NCBI GenBank assembly: GCA_051294375.1
Contig: CM119268.1
Location: 16,945,947 to 17,009,946, forward strand
Direction: 5' to 3'
Length of the DNA stretch: 64,000 nt
Origin: Paraspadella gotoi
Lineage: Eukaryota > Animalia > Chaetognatha
The translations under genes were made by a program, and so were the position numbers. This document shows, in pieces, positions 1 through 13,228 of this stretch; the first letter of the stretch is position 1, and each line of letters opens with the position of its first letter. The notes beneath the pieces were generated by a model. That model ran no database searches, was not told the DNA's origin, and saw nothing but the letters and a program-made list of their open reading frames with translations.

Positions 1-3000
1 GTCGTACGCCGCAGAGACGATCGAGAGCGAGCGCAAGAAAACCTGTTACGCGGCTATCCCGGGCCGACTTAGAAACATTATGATAAGCCAGGCGAAACTG
101 TACTCCCGGGACACGACGAGCTGCAGGATGGGACTGAGAAGAGACGGAGAAAATAAACGAGTGCGAGGGTATGAAAAAATGAAGTCGCTTGGCAATATAT
201 TTTTTTTTAAAAAAGGCCTTTTTATCTGTTTGTCCAATCCCAAATTTTTATTTTTAACTCAATTATTAACCCTTAGCGCTTTCTAAAGTGTATAACTGTT
301 TTTGCTGGTTCAGTCGGGCTTAGACAGCCAGTTATGTAGAGGTACATTTAATTAGCAATGATACAATATTAGAGACATGTTGTAACAATTGAGAGATCGG
401 GGTGAGAGAGACTAAAAAGTTAAGAGCGCGGCATGATTGCAAAGTAATGAGAGAAGGAGAGAGAAGAGAGAGAGAGAGATGAGAGAGAGAAGAGAAGAGA
501 GAGAGAGAGAGAGGGAGAGAGACGAGGATGAGAGAGAATCAGATCGGAATAGGGCCGCTTTCCACGAGCGACCACCGAACAGACGTGGCCAAGAGCTGGA
601 GGGTTCAAGATCTTCTATAGATGGGCATCCCATAACAGTAATACCCTACTCTATCCTTTAAGGCTTAAAAATCGTTTNNNNNNNNNNNNNNNNNNNNNNN
701 NNTTGAACTTACCTATGACGTACATGATGAAGTTGATGCTGTGACTGGAGACCTGCATGAAGGCCGTGACACGAAAGGCGGAGATGACCGTCGGCGACTG
801 AATGATGATGTTCGAGGAGTAGAGTAAGATCAGGACTGACATGGNNNNNNNNNNNNNNNNNNNNNNNNNNNNNNNNNNNNNNNNNNNNNNNNNNNNNNNN
901 NNNNNNNNNNNNNNNNNNNNNNNNNNNNNNNNNNNNNNNNNNNNNNNNNNNNNNNNNNNNNNNNNNNNNNNNNNNNNNNNNNNNNNNNNNNNNNNNNNNN
1001 NNNNNNNNNNNNNNNNNNNNNNNNNNNNNNNNNNNNNNNNNNNNNNNNNNNNNNNNNNNNNNNNNNNNNNNNNNNNNNNNNNNNNNNNNNNNNNNNNNNN
1101 NNNNNNNNNNNNNNAATTGGTCATGAATATTCTCTCAATTTCAGGCCCAAAAGTAATCTAAACTATACGTAGTAAAATGTCCTTTATACCGAAACAAAAA
1201 GAAAAAGGGGAAAAAGTGCGGAAGGAAAAAAGAAAAGAGGAAACCGATAAGAGATTGATGGGAGAAAAAGCCTCTCTGAAGATAAGAGAGAGAAAAAAGA
1301 ACAAAAAAGACAAAGAGCCGAAACATTTTGGAAATGTTTTTAAGGTAAAAAGACAATTATCCTGTCATTATACGTAAAACTGTTAAGCTATAAGCTAAAT
1401 CAAAACGGAGAGAGAGAGAAAGAAAGAGAGAGAAAGAGAGAGAGAGAGAGAGAGCGCCAACCTGATGTTCCGAATTCATTTGCGGATTCGTAGGCAAATC
1501 GCGGACTTTTCCCAACTTCCATAAAATTAAGAAATTAAGGATGGAGACGACGACGAGAGGGCCTAAAAACAAGAGAGGGTGACGGAGACAGTGAGAAAAA
1601 AAAGGAATAAAAGGAAACCTAAAATTAAGGAGACAAGCGTCGTTTTTTTATCTCGTGATTTCTGTTAGAGGAAAAAAAGGGAATTTAAATCCCTTTCTCC
1701 CTCTATCTCTCTCTCTCTCTCTTTCGTTAATAACGAAACCGGATATAACGAGTTTCGGGCAAATCCAATCCATCAAAAATGAATATCGATAAAGAAGGCG
1801 ATTATTTTNNNNNNNNNNNNNNNNNNNNNNNNNACTGTGCCAAGGTTAACAATCGAAATTCAGCGTTATATATTTTGGTTCTAGTTTGGTTGGCGACTTC
1901 GCCATGGCGATATCGCCAGGGCTTTGGCGATGTCGCCAGTCCCCCCACTGGCGACCTCGCCAGTGATAAAAGTAGCGAATATAATGAAAAACGCAGCTAA
2001 CACAGGGATGAGCATCACCTTCAGGCTCCTCTCCCAACCCTAACCCTAAACCAAGCCTTCCGTTCAACTCTGTGCCTCTCCCCTAACCCTAACCCAGGCT
2101 CAGCCTCCCGTACATCTCCGTGCCTCAACCCTAACCCTAACCGCTTCGATGCATCAACCACGGGCCCCTCCCCCAACCCTAACCCTAAACTAAGCCTCCC
2201 GTTCAACTCCATGCCTCTCCCCTAACCCTAACCCAGGCCCAGCCTCCCGTACATCTCCGTGCCTCAACCCTAACCGCCTTCGATGCATCAAACCATGGGT
2301 CCCTCCCGCAACCCTAACCCTAAACCAAAGCCTCCCGTTCAACTCCATGCCTCCTCCCTAACCCTAAACCAGGCCCGCCTCCCGTACATCTCCGTACCTC
2401 AACCCTAACCCTAATTGCCTTCGATATATAACCCACGGGCCTCTCTCCCAACCCTAACCCTAAACCGGGCCCAGGCCTCCCGTACATCTCCGTACCTCAA
2501 CCCTAACCCTAATTGCCTTCGATATATAACCCACGGGCCTCTCTCCCACCCTAACCCTAAACCGGGCCCAGGCCTCCCGTACATCTCCGTGCCTCAACCC
2601 TAACCCTAACGCGGGCCTCTTGGTCATCACAACACCCTCCCTACCCCTATCGCCTAAAATTGACATTAATATAAGCCTAAAATAAACTTAACTTAACTCA
2701 ACCCTAACCCTAACCCTAAACTACTCAACCTAACCCTAAACTACTCAACCCTAACCTAACTACTACCTACTCGAACCCTAACCCTAAACCAACTCAACCC
2801 TAACCCTAAACCCTAATCTGAGTTTATTTTAGGCGAAATCGCCATAACTAGAACGGCTAGATGTAGTTCACAGTTAAACCACCAAATGCGAGGGCGTCAT
2901 TGGCTAAGTCGCGAGGCACAGTGGCACAGTGGCACAGTGGCTCGCCGAAACGACGAAGATGAGCGCCATTAATTCCAGGCGGAAACGCGAACCAAAAATG

Positions 3001-4019
3001 TGGGCGGAAAAGTTTTATTTATTATTTATGTAGCGAGAGGAAGGAGAATATTATTTATTTATATGTTAGGATTTGAAAGAAATGATTTTGAGAGGTTATG
3101 ATGATTGAATAATTGAACTATGTTCGAATAACTTTTTTATTTTCCTTATTTTCCTTTCAAACGGAAAAATCTTATTTTTAGCCTCTTTATCAAGAATTAA
3201 TGAAGAGACCAGAAGGAGAAGGGTTGATCACTGACATCTGACCAGTCCAATCCGCGTGGGTAGGGTAATCTTGCTGGGACTAGAATTTTGATCATAACCT
3301 CTGACCTTGCGGTTCTGGGTTTGTAACACCGTTCGCCATCGATGATTGGAAATTTGGAACAGCCCTTTGCAACGAATAACGAAGTTTGTCGACTACGAGA
3401 TTTTCTGTCACGCGAGGCCAATTTTTATGAAAGAAAAAAAAACGACTACTAAATATATTGGCAATATTGCGTCTCCATTTATCGGAATTTTCTTCATCAG
3501 ATTTTGATAAAAAATAAGTCAACGTCGCCAAAAATATCTCGACGAAAATAACGGAATCTCGTTCGTCTCCGGATGAAAAAAATGTTTGTTTTTTTTGCAT
3601 CTGTCGTTTCCGTTCGTCAATTTGCACAAATCGATACCATTACGTCTCGATTTTTTCAGGTCAAGATGAACTCGTACGATGAGCATGAAGCTCGCCTTTC
3701 AGTCTTCTTATTATACTCGATAATGTCGAGTTGACGTCTAAAAAGCTTTAGTGAAAGATAGATATGCAACAGTAATATTAATTGTATTATTATTCTTATA
3801 TAACTAACTTCTTAAATAACTTATCATTATTAAAAGTATTTTTGAAATAGTAAAATAAAACTTCCATAAAAAGGGTATCAAAAGATATGAGAAATAATCA
3901 AAAGAAGACCGCAATCTCATTTGAAATTAACCACAAGTTACTCTGCAACAAAATTTCTTCCCTATCAATCCTAATCAAATTCTTTGCGTCTCGTTGTTCA
4001 ACTAGTATCATCATCAGCG

Positions 4020-4060
<41 letters not shown>

Positions 4061-6092
4061 TTCATCGTGTCGTCAGCTTCCCTCCTCTCTTCCTCCCCCT
4101 GACTCACCAATCGTCATCAGCGTTGCCTCCAAGATCCACTTGGCCTGCAGGTCCATGTCGTGGGAGCAAGTAAGCTTGGCGACGTTGGTGCGATTGCGAA
4201 AGGACCCGTAGTCGACGATTTTGGAAGTGAAGAAGAAGTGGGAATGCATGAGGGCGCCGAGGAAGATGATCAGGGCGAGAGCGAAGCGGGGGCGTTCTTG
4301 GGGGTAGTAGGCGCGGGAGCTGAAAGAAGGGGGGAAGCGATGGGATTGGATCGGTTAATTGGTCGGTTTGTTTGTTTGTTTGTTTGTTAAGTAGGTTTCT
4401 TGATAGTTTGGTTGATAAGCTTTTGTGGTAGTTTGATTTTTTAATTGTTTGTTTGATTGTTTGGATCGTTGATTGCTTAATTTCTTGTTGGTTCTCTGAT
4501 TAGTTGTTTGATTGTTTCATCGCTGGATGGCGGAAGGAAATAACATTATATATTAAGGGAGTGGTCTTTTCATACAATTGAAACATTTTTTGAAATATTA
4601 TACCACTTCATTGATAGGGAAGCCAGGTACTCTGGGTGTGAATAAACTCGACTGTGAGAGAGTCTTGATTAAAAGCTTGCAGGGGCCGGCTATGTCATTA
4701 TCTTGTAAGAGTGATGGTGGCCTTAAACCACCAAAGCCTGTCCAAGTCAGGGGCAAGTTAGCTTATTTATTAAATGAATGGAAATTTTTATATTGGTTGT
4801 ACCAATGTACCATTTTCATAAAAATGTAATGTAAAATCAAGAGAAAAAAACTGAAATGAAAACAACATGAATTTCTTCACCTGATGGGGTAATAGACGGC
4901 GACGAATCTCTCCAGCGAGAGGACGACGATCGTCCACACGGAACTGAACTGGACGCTCGACTCGACGAATTGAACCACCTTGCAATACCACAGAGACACC
5001 AATAGATGGGCGTAGGTGGTGAACTGCTTGGTCAACAGTCTGTACAGCGTTGACCACAGGACGATAGTGTCAAGAATCGCCAGGGCATTCAGGTAAAACG
5101 TGACGCAGAGGGCCTGGAGTGGGACGTCGGGGAAGAGGAAGAAGAAAAAGGGAAATTTAATCGAAATAGGAAAAAATTCAGCAAAAAAATGGAATAAAAA
5201 GAACAAAGGAACAAATATGAGGAACCCAAAAAGAACAGAGTGTGTGGGAGAAAGAGAAAGAGGAAAATAAAACGAAAATATTTATTTTCAAATAGATTTT
5301 ACTCTTAATTTTAAAATAACTGCAAATGAGAGTAAATGACGGTAAAATAAAATATATACGTATACATTATTAACTTAATTTACTGACGAAATTAATGAAA
5401 AAGAAAGTGAAGAATAAAGTTGTGAAAAGGAAGTTGAGGAAAAATTTAAAAAAAGTAAATAAAAAGAAAAAATAAGAAGAATATAATTAAAGACCTTGAA
5501 TCGTTTGGACTGAAGGACGACGAAGGAAACGAGATTCCCCACCGTCCCGAAGAAGATGACGACGAAATAAGCGACGGTGATGAGATCGAAGCCTCTGAAG
5601 GGATTCACGCGACTCGAGTTCGTCGTCGATCGGGAAGAGTTCTCCGCCTCCGCGCCATCTTTTGAGAATCGGGGTTCAGGGTGGCGGGAAGAATGAGAGG
5701 TTTGATTCATGTTATCACTTATGGTAATCGAAGGCAATTGTAAACATCATCTCGGATGACTGAAACCTCATCATCTTTATCATCGTAATTAACATCGTGA
5801 TCATCGTTATCATCATCTCGTTCATCCTCATCATCGTCATCATCATCAGCATCAATTCATCAACATCATCATCATCTCCACCACCTTTTGTCGTCATTGC
5901 CATCGTCATTGCCTCCATCGCAGCAGCCGTCGTTCTGAAAGTCTGATTGACTGATTCTAATCGTCCCATCGTTTGATTGATCGATTCTAATCGCGTGATT
6001 GATTGATTGATAAAATCACACCCGCGTGTCGAAGAGTTCGTCTCGTTTCCCGCCAAAACGGTGGCGGTGACGTTGTCGAAGAAGAGGCTCAT
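1..6092 (-). CDS. Class A (rhodopsin-like) peptide GPCR, FMRFamide/TRH-receptor-like; multi-exon, runs off the window and across gaps
   Basis: Exons with GT-AG ends: N-terminus with many NxS/T sequons from 6092 to TM1 (..FGTVGNLVSFVVL.., donor after 5495); 5113-4881 (FYLNALAILD; LSLERFVAVYYP = TM2-TM3/ERF motif); 4319-4108 (TM4, ECL2 Cys); ~843-711 (SHSINFIMYVI = TM7); candidate helix-8 exon 120-1 (ARRVPGVQFRLAY). The TM5/TM6 exon was not found and may lie in a gap. The junction between the two N-terminal frames (~5890-5720) is unresolved. Confidence 0.85.
845..1114. other. Assembly gap (270 N); further N spacers at 678-702, 1809-1833, 39876-39885, 53512-53521, 59869-59893
   Basis: N runs seen directly; the fixed 25-N and 10-N lengths indicate a scaffolded or gap-filled draft. 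Confidence 0.99.
1879..2853. mobile_element. Non-autonomous inverted-repeat-bounded element (MITE/Helentron-like) with a telomere-like satellite core
   Basis: Left end TTCTAGTT(tggt)TGGCGACTTCGCC is the imperfect inverse of right end GGCGAAATCGCCATAACTAGAA. Four GGCGA-NN-TCGCC palindromes sit near the left end. Internal CCCTAA-based array. Confidence 0.6.
2036..2817. repeat. Higher-order minisatellite: AACCCTAACCCTAA blocks alternating with three recurring ~30 bp spacers
   Basis: Spacer order C-A-B,C-A-B,C-A-B',A'-B',A', then degenerate (AACCCT)n/ctactc units. Confidence 0.9.
4671..4807 (+). mobile_element. Dispersed short repeat, family B (SINE-like 3' part), copy 1
   Basis: Closely similar to 37439-37580. 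Diverged copy at 36465-36574 and tail-only copy at ~45580-45615. Ends in hairpin ATTGGT-TGT-ACCAAT. Confidence 0.8.
4699..4760 (+). ncRNA. Twister-like ribozyme, type-P5 permutation (family B copy; L4 one nt short)
   Basis: P5 TATCTTGT/GCAAGTTA; AA; P2' GAGT; GA; T1 TGG/CCA; P1 tggcct; TAA; P2 ACC; T2 AC/GT; P4 CCTG/CAGG. Confidence 0.6.
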
Positions 6093-9000
6093 GGTTCCGT
6101 CGGTCGAGCACGTCGAGGAAGGAACTTTTTCGTTTTCGAGGCTTTTTTCCCCCGGACGAGCGTCTCCAGCTGCAGGTGTGCCTGAAGGCTTTTTCGATCT
6201 TGAAATGGTGACTTCGAATAATAATTAGGTTTTTTCCTGTTTAGATTCTTCGTTGGGAAGATGAATTTTTTAAATTTATATCGAATTTCGTTTTTGTTCT
6301 TTTGTTCTTCGTTTGTGTTCTTCTGTTTTTTGTTTTCTCGATATTTTTGCTTCTTTTTTTTGTTTCTGAAAAAAAAAAAGATTTGAAACCAATCGAGTTT
6401 TCGACAACCGAAACTCAGGTGCGATTTAAAACTCATTTCTTGTCTTTGTATGAAAGAAAAGAAAACATTTTTTGTTGTTTCCTCACTTTTCGTCAAAAGC
6501 TTTGATCAAATTTGTGATTCGAATACAGGGAGGTCCAGCTCCATTGGGACTAACTTCAAGTGCTTACAGCACAGAAACGGTTTATGGCAGAAGAAAAAGG
6601 CAATCAATCATATTTGGAAATTAGGTCAATTTTTTTTCCTATCGATATAAAAAAAATTCTGAAAAATTTAACGGCAACTCCTGTAATTGATTCTAATTGA
6701 CTAAAAAATAAATTAACATGTACTTATTAATTAATTATTAATGATCGTGGCAAGTCCGGCATTGTTTGCTCAAACTAGTTCTGACTGAAATCCACTCGAT
6801 TAATGAAAATGTAGGATAAAGAAGCAGAATGTCTCACGCATCCCCTCCAGAACTCTCCACTTCCTGATAGCAACAATAGTAGCAGGAATGGCAGAATTCC
6901 CAATGGACCGGTAACGAAAGCATATGTTGCCTTCTCTGAACCCTTAGAGAAGGTTATGGTTGCCAAAAGTGATTGTATTATTTTTTAATACTTTACATGC
7001 GTACTAATTTTTATATCATAATCAATATTGGACTGAAGTTGCATCATAAAAATTGAGGCTTTTTTGACGAAGTAATTTTCTTTTTATATTTTTGTATTTT
7101 TTTTCCTGATATTCAATTCTGAGTTTGAATCCAGGCCATTGTTTCCTTCGAACCTCCGACGCTTAGATGTGACAGCTGCTTCAGTATCTTGAGTCACCAC
7201 GTGAAAGAAGCAGAAATGAGAAAAAAGAAGGTAAAAGGTGATCAATCAACAAAAAAAATCGCGTATCTCATTGTCAACTTTGGAGACTTAGTGCCGACCA
7301 ATGTTGACGTTAAATTGATAATCATCTTAATGTTAAATGGGTTTATTTTTTGTGGATTCGTTTCATTACCCAATCCAAAGATTTAATTACATCAAATTTT
7401 ACAGGTTTTGTTCAGCAAAGGTTTTTTTAAAATTTAATTATCAGTCAGATCTAAAATATTGATTTACTAAAAAGAAAAAAAACAATTGAAACAGCGTCAA
7501 AATTTATTTCCTACACGCGACCAATTTTAATAATATGGTAAAAATAATAATCCGCTGTGCTCTGTCTTTGAAAAAATATATGGATTTTATTGATGTTTAA
7601 AAAAATACTTATTTTTTATTTATTTAATAAAAAGCTTTTCCCGATTGCCTAAAAAAATTCTACAATTTGATTGTTAAATTTTACCTCCGTTAAAACTCGA
7701 TATCTTTGTATTTTCGCTCGAATTACTTTCTGTACGAGTTTAAAAAAAACCCAGAGCTGCGATAACGATGCTTTTCACTCCAGAAAATCTCAATGGTAAT
7801 GAGAGCCACTTTCGATTTTAAAACATCAACGCCGACTATCGGGTGATCCGTGATTTAATTGGCGGCGGCCATTTTTAAATCGGCGCGTCCGATAAGAGAA
7901 CAAAAGGCGAGCCGTGGCGATTCTCTCAATCGAGCGTTGACCCGGTGACGCTCAGAGATTATCGCCTTTCAAGTGGCGTTCATCGACGGGAGCAAAAAAA
8001 AATTAAATTGTGTAGAAAAAAGAGAGAAAAGAAAGAAAGAAAAGAAGAAATAAATTTAAAAAGTTGGTTTTAATCTGTGAAGTCAAAGAGGTGATAATAT
8101 ATAATATATAACTAAATAGGGGAGATAATAAAATAAAAAAATGAAAATTACTTGTTTCACAATTTTAAATTTTTTAGATTTCAAAATATTAAATAGAAAT
8201 GATTTTATTAATTTCATGTCTTTTTATTTCTGTTTTTAATTATTCTTATTTTTAGTTATCTATATCTAATAATGATCAGTGATGTTTTCTAGAATAGAAT
8301 AGATTCATGCATCATAAAAGTCACTCCTAATGTCAAAAAGACTCTTATTTCTAATTCATTAGAGCTTCAATGAAGTTGCCTAAATTGGAATCCAATTTCC
8401 ATCCATAAAAAAAAACATTTTTAATGGGAAACTAGGGTGACTTTTTCCGAGAAGCAATAAAATTTTGAAAAACTCTTCCTGGAGACTAAGAACCAGATAA
8501 AGAGAGTCGTGTATCCATATTTAATTTTTCAATAAATTCTCTCTTTTTCATAAATATTTCCTTTCGGTCTTTCCTTCTCACGTTCTTCAATTTAAAAAAA
8601 AGAATTCAATATGATTACCCGTTCGTATTATTGATATCAACGCGTCGTTTCCTTGTGGAATCGAAGACCGGTATTTTTAATGAGTTTTTACTTCGCATCA
8701 GTGGCTCCATTAGGTTGTGGTTCTTGTTATTAGTTTGTTGTTGTTGTTGATCTAAAGACATATGATGATTAAGAAAGCAACAGATGAAGTTCAATCTAGG
8801 GCACTTAAAACCAATGCATCAGCTTTGTTCCTTTGTACTATTTTGTATATTTCGACACAAAAATAGTTAGAATGAACTATTGACATATCACCATTGAAAC
8901 GACTGCTCTCTTCCTCTTTGCCTCAACGTTCCTGATCTTTAACATCTTGGGAAACCAAAGTCTCGTTGCGGCATTAACCCTTCGACACGTTTCTTGACCC

Positions 9001-12000
9001 GTTACCTTGTTAAAAACCATTTCTGACCGCCCACCTTTCTCAAACCATTTCCTGACCCTCGATCCCTTTTAGATACTAACTTTTCCCCAACTCGTTCACC
9101 ATCCCCAACAACCTCCAACTAGAAAACGTAAGAGCGAAACCTGAGAACGAAACCCTGACAACCTGACACTTTTCTTCTTCGTTGGCCATAATTATTGCGG
9201 TCAGGTTTTTCGGCCACGTGACTCCGTGATCTCCAGTTCGAGATTAAAAGAAAAGCGGAAATTTTGGCGAATCCTAAATTCGCCTCCCGTATAGCTTGGT
9301 GAAACTCAGCTCGTCCCATTGGCTTGGACAGCTAAGTACTCCTTCACTAACCGTGACTTTCGGGTTCGTATTTTAAAGAGGTTGTGAATTTTCCTCGTCA
9401 CTTTCGTTTCAAATTCAGGTACAGACTTTCGAACTTGTCACGACCAGACGTTAGGCTCTAACGGGCCCCATTTCCTCGAGACATCGGTTGAATTTTATAT
9501 CGCATGTACTCGGAATCAAATTCAGTCACTAAAGCTTCTTCTCCCATCAGATCAAGATTTAGCTAAATCTCGCATTTGTGTTACAAAAAAAAAAAAAAAA
9601 AACTTATTCGAGATCGTTAACAACCCGGCGTTTGGAGTCTCGACTCTTGAGTTTTAGATTAAACCTTTCGTCAAGGGGAGAGGAGAGGAAAGGAAAGGAG
9701 AGGAAAGAAGAGAAAAGGTAGAGAGAAGAGATTTAAAAGAAGGGTGAGGGAGAGGAGAGGAAAGGAAAGGAGAGGAAAGGAAGAGAAAGGTGAGAGAGAA
9801 AGAGATTAAATGGAGAGGGTGAGGGGAGAGGAGATGGAAAGGAAAGGAAAGGAGAGGAAAGAGAGAGAAAAGGTAGAGAGAAAAGAGATTAAATGGAGGG
9901 CGAGGGAAGAGGAGAGGAAAGGAAAGGAGAGGGGAGAAGAGAAAAAAGTAGAGAGAAAAATTAGAAAGAAACTGAGGAGAGCAAATGATCTAAGAAGTCA
10001 AGAGGCTGACGAAACCCTCTGGGCCATTTTTAAAGCAAGACCCCGACCGACTTCCCTCCGAACCATCTCTGCCCAGTGATCACAATCTATTGAAAAGCGA
10101 CCCTCGTCGGTATGAATACCTGACTGCGAGAGGGACCAACTAAAACCACAACGGTCCCAAAGAAACGTCCTCATTGCCCACTTTAACGACCACCACCTGC
10201 CGCACGAACCACTTTTGAAATCTCAACGTCAGACTCATTCCTCTTCAACTCCTTAAAAAAAGTGGAGACCTCAGTAAAGTTTCTTCAAATTTCCTAGAAT
10301 TAGAATCGAAATGGAAAAGATTCAGGTGAAAATAAGTTAACAGTCCATTGAAGAGTTTTTCTATTACTTTCTTTTCTATTTCTCATTTCATTTTTTCCTC
10401 TCTGTATTTCCTACTCACTTTATCTATCTATCATTCTCTCTCTCGCTCTTTTCTTTCTTCTCTCTCTCTCTCCCTCTCCCCCCCCTCTCTCTCTCTCTCA
10501 CTGTGTTTACGCAACGGATGCGCCGCGAAACGCCTTTTTCGCTAAATATATTTTACACTCATTCATTTTTATTAATATTTATTCACAGTTATGCGTCCGG
10601 CGCATTTTCCTCCCCGGTTTCCCTTACCCCCCCCCTCCCCCCTCCTCCCCTCCCTCCCCCCTCGTACCACCTCCTCTAAACTTTTTTGTCTGTTTTTTCT
10701 CGCTTTTCGCCTCAAAACGTGTCCTCCGCTTGTGAACGGCCGCTCCTGATGTATGGGAGAAACGTGAGACCAATTTTTTTTATTTTTTGAGATTTCTAGT
10801 AATTGATTTTTAAAAAAAAAAATATTTTAAAGTTCGTGTAATAGGATTATTTTAAATTTTCGAATGTTTCAATGTTTCATGACCAAGTTTGTTCAAGTTA
10901 GTACTTTATTTTGTTTATTAGTTTGCTTAGTTTAGCTTTCGTTTTAATTTATTTGGTTAGAGTTTTTAAAATTAGTTTTTTAAATTTAAAAAAATAAAGG
11001 CATAAAATTACAAGATGACCAGTTAAAACCCGCCACGAGAAAATATTTATTAAACGAAACTGTGAAGAGATTTTAACATTTTTAATAGAGATACTTAAAG
11101 ACAAAACATTTATAATTTTTATATATAAATATAATTTTCCTTTGTTTACTTTTACTTAAACTGTTAGAGGTAAAAGATTGTTTGGAAAATGATTTACCAT
11201 AAAAATTTATAAAGAATTTATAAAGAAAAAAGCATTAATATTGATATTGCCTGAAAGCCCTAAAAAACTGAATTCTATGATACATTTTCCGTTTCTGTAG
11301 TATAAAAAATATCTTCATAGGGCCCAGTCAAAGTATAGAATTATAACTATTCTAATTTTAAGAATAGTCAATGGCAAGGTAACGGAGCCATGAATTCCAG
11401 GTGAAAAATGTTTTTTTTTCTGATTGAAAAGCTCGAATTTGCTCCTTATCCCATTTCGCTTATTACGAACTCAAAACAAAAAGAATTATCAACAATTTTT
11501 TTTAATTAAAAATGTATGTGTTTTCTCTTCAAATGTATGGTTTGTAAAATATCAAAATCTTTTTGGTATGGTAAATTTTTTATAGCAGCGTGTTTCAAAT
11601 TGTCATGATGTACGTAATGTAGCAAAGCCAACTGAAAACTGATCTTAGAACTAATTTAAATGTCTCGAAAAAGTTTAAATAATCGAAAACATAATAACAA
11701 CCAAAAGACCTAAAGTAGAGAGAAAAGTAAAGAGAATCAAAAAGTGAGGGACGCTTCTGTGTTAATGTTTTTAAATAAACTTTACTCTACGTTTCTTCCC
11801 ATAAATTTTCTTCGCTTTCGTGTAAAAAGGAACTTTTACGGGCTCACCTTGTTTGAGACACATTTAAGCATCTTTCATAGGCAAGTTAATGCACTTGGAC
11901 ATAGTATCAAGAAGAGATTTTAATCGATATTTGTTAAACATAGCCTACTTTTTTCAAAAAATTAAGTGTTTTTAACTTAACGTATTTTTTTGTTTAACAT

Positions 12001-12734
12001 AGATAAACAACCTAATTATCGACGCATCCTTGAACGTTCCGGTTCAAAAAGTCGCCCTCCCACTTTTCCCTCGCACAAATCACCGTTGAGAGGAAGCTTT
12101 ATGCGTCCAAACCATCTCTCAATGTAGAAGAAGATTCTCTTTATCCATACAAACTACTCTCCCCGGATGTAATAGGGATACTTTCACCGTGAGTTATAGC
12201 CGGAGTGGAGTCCACTGCTTTGCTGTCTTCCGGGTAAACAGAAAAAAAAATGGAAAGAGCCGGGCAGTGGTGGACGAAGCCAGAGACGCGGCCGACCCGA
12301 CGGGTTGTCTTGGTTACGAAAGTAAGAAAGGAGATATAAAAAAAAGGAAAGTTACTGAGATTGAGAAGCAAATATAAAGAAAGAAAACTCCTCCTCCCCC
12401 CCCAAAAAAAAAAATACTTGTGAACTGCGATGAATCACAACGAATTCCGTCATTTCACGAAATTAGCGGTCATCTACATGGAGAGTTCGGGGTCACTCGG
12501 GTCAAGACCTTACCAATCAAAAGCAACGACAGAAAGAACAAGTAAAATACAAAGTAGGACTGTTAAGAACGCAGGGCCGCGAGTCACATATTGTTGGGGA
12601 CTGCAGTAAATAATTTTCGACGGAGGATGGGTTGCCAAAACTAATAAAAAGTAACATGAGCTCACATTACTTTCTATGAGGCGACAATGTTGTGGTATCC
12701 AAGCGAAGCAAGGGAAGATAATTGAGAAAGAGAA

Positions 12735-12801
<67 letters not shown>

Positions 12802-13142
12802 TTCTGTAAAAATAGGTATTTGTAAAAAAAGGATATTTATTATTACGTCTTCTCCCCCGAGATTCCCTCATTAAAATTAATTTTGCAGTAGTCTTTGACA
12901 TTTCCATTGTTTTCTTTTCTTATGTTTTCTTATTGTTCTTTTCTTTTCTTCCCTCGAAAGGCAATAATTTTTGCTCCGCGTCGTCAGTTTTATCCGTTGT
13001 TTAACACGAAAGAATAAAATGAAAACCGCTTCTTTTTTCTTCTCATTTCTCTTTCATCTCATTCGCTTTCAAACACAGGTAACGAGAGAAGTTTCACTTC
13101 AGTTGGTCACCCGGAGTGAAACTGATTTACAGAATCGGGTTT

Positions 13143-13228
<86 letters not shown>

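Noticed and set aside
2036-2610. CRISPR array
   Set aside because: The spacers recur cyclically, the repeat is telomeric CCCTAA, there are no cas genes, and the context is eukaryotic.
2036-2817. True chromosome telomere
   Set aside because: Interspersed with spacers, internal to a gene, and bounded by inverted repeats.
7110-7200. tRNA-like sequence on - (similar remnants at ~9320-9375 and ~28335-28390)
   Set aside because: Only degenerate A/B-box remnants with no cloverleaf; probably old SINE heads, too weak to annotate.
8740-9560. Coding-like, microsatellite-free stretch
   Set aside because: All frames are interrupted and no recognisable domain; cannot support a call.
10120-10170. Possible sixth twister or hammerhead (GAGGG-accaac-TAA..GGTCCCAAAG, GAAAC)
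   Set aside because: P2, P4 and T2 pairings fail and there is no CTGANGA core; a plain GGGACC/GGTCCC hairpin explains it.
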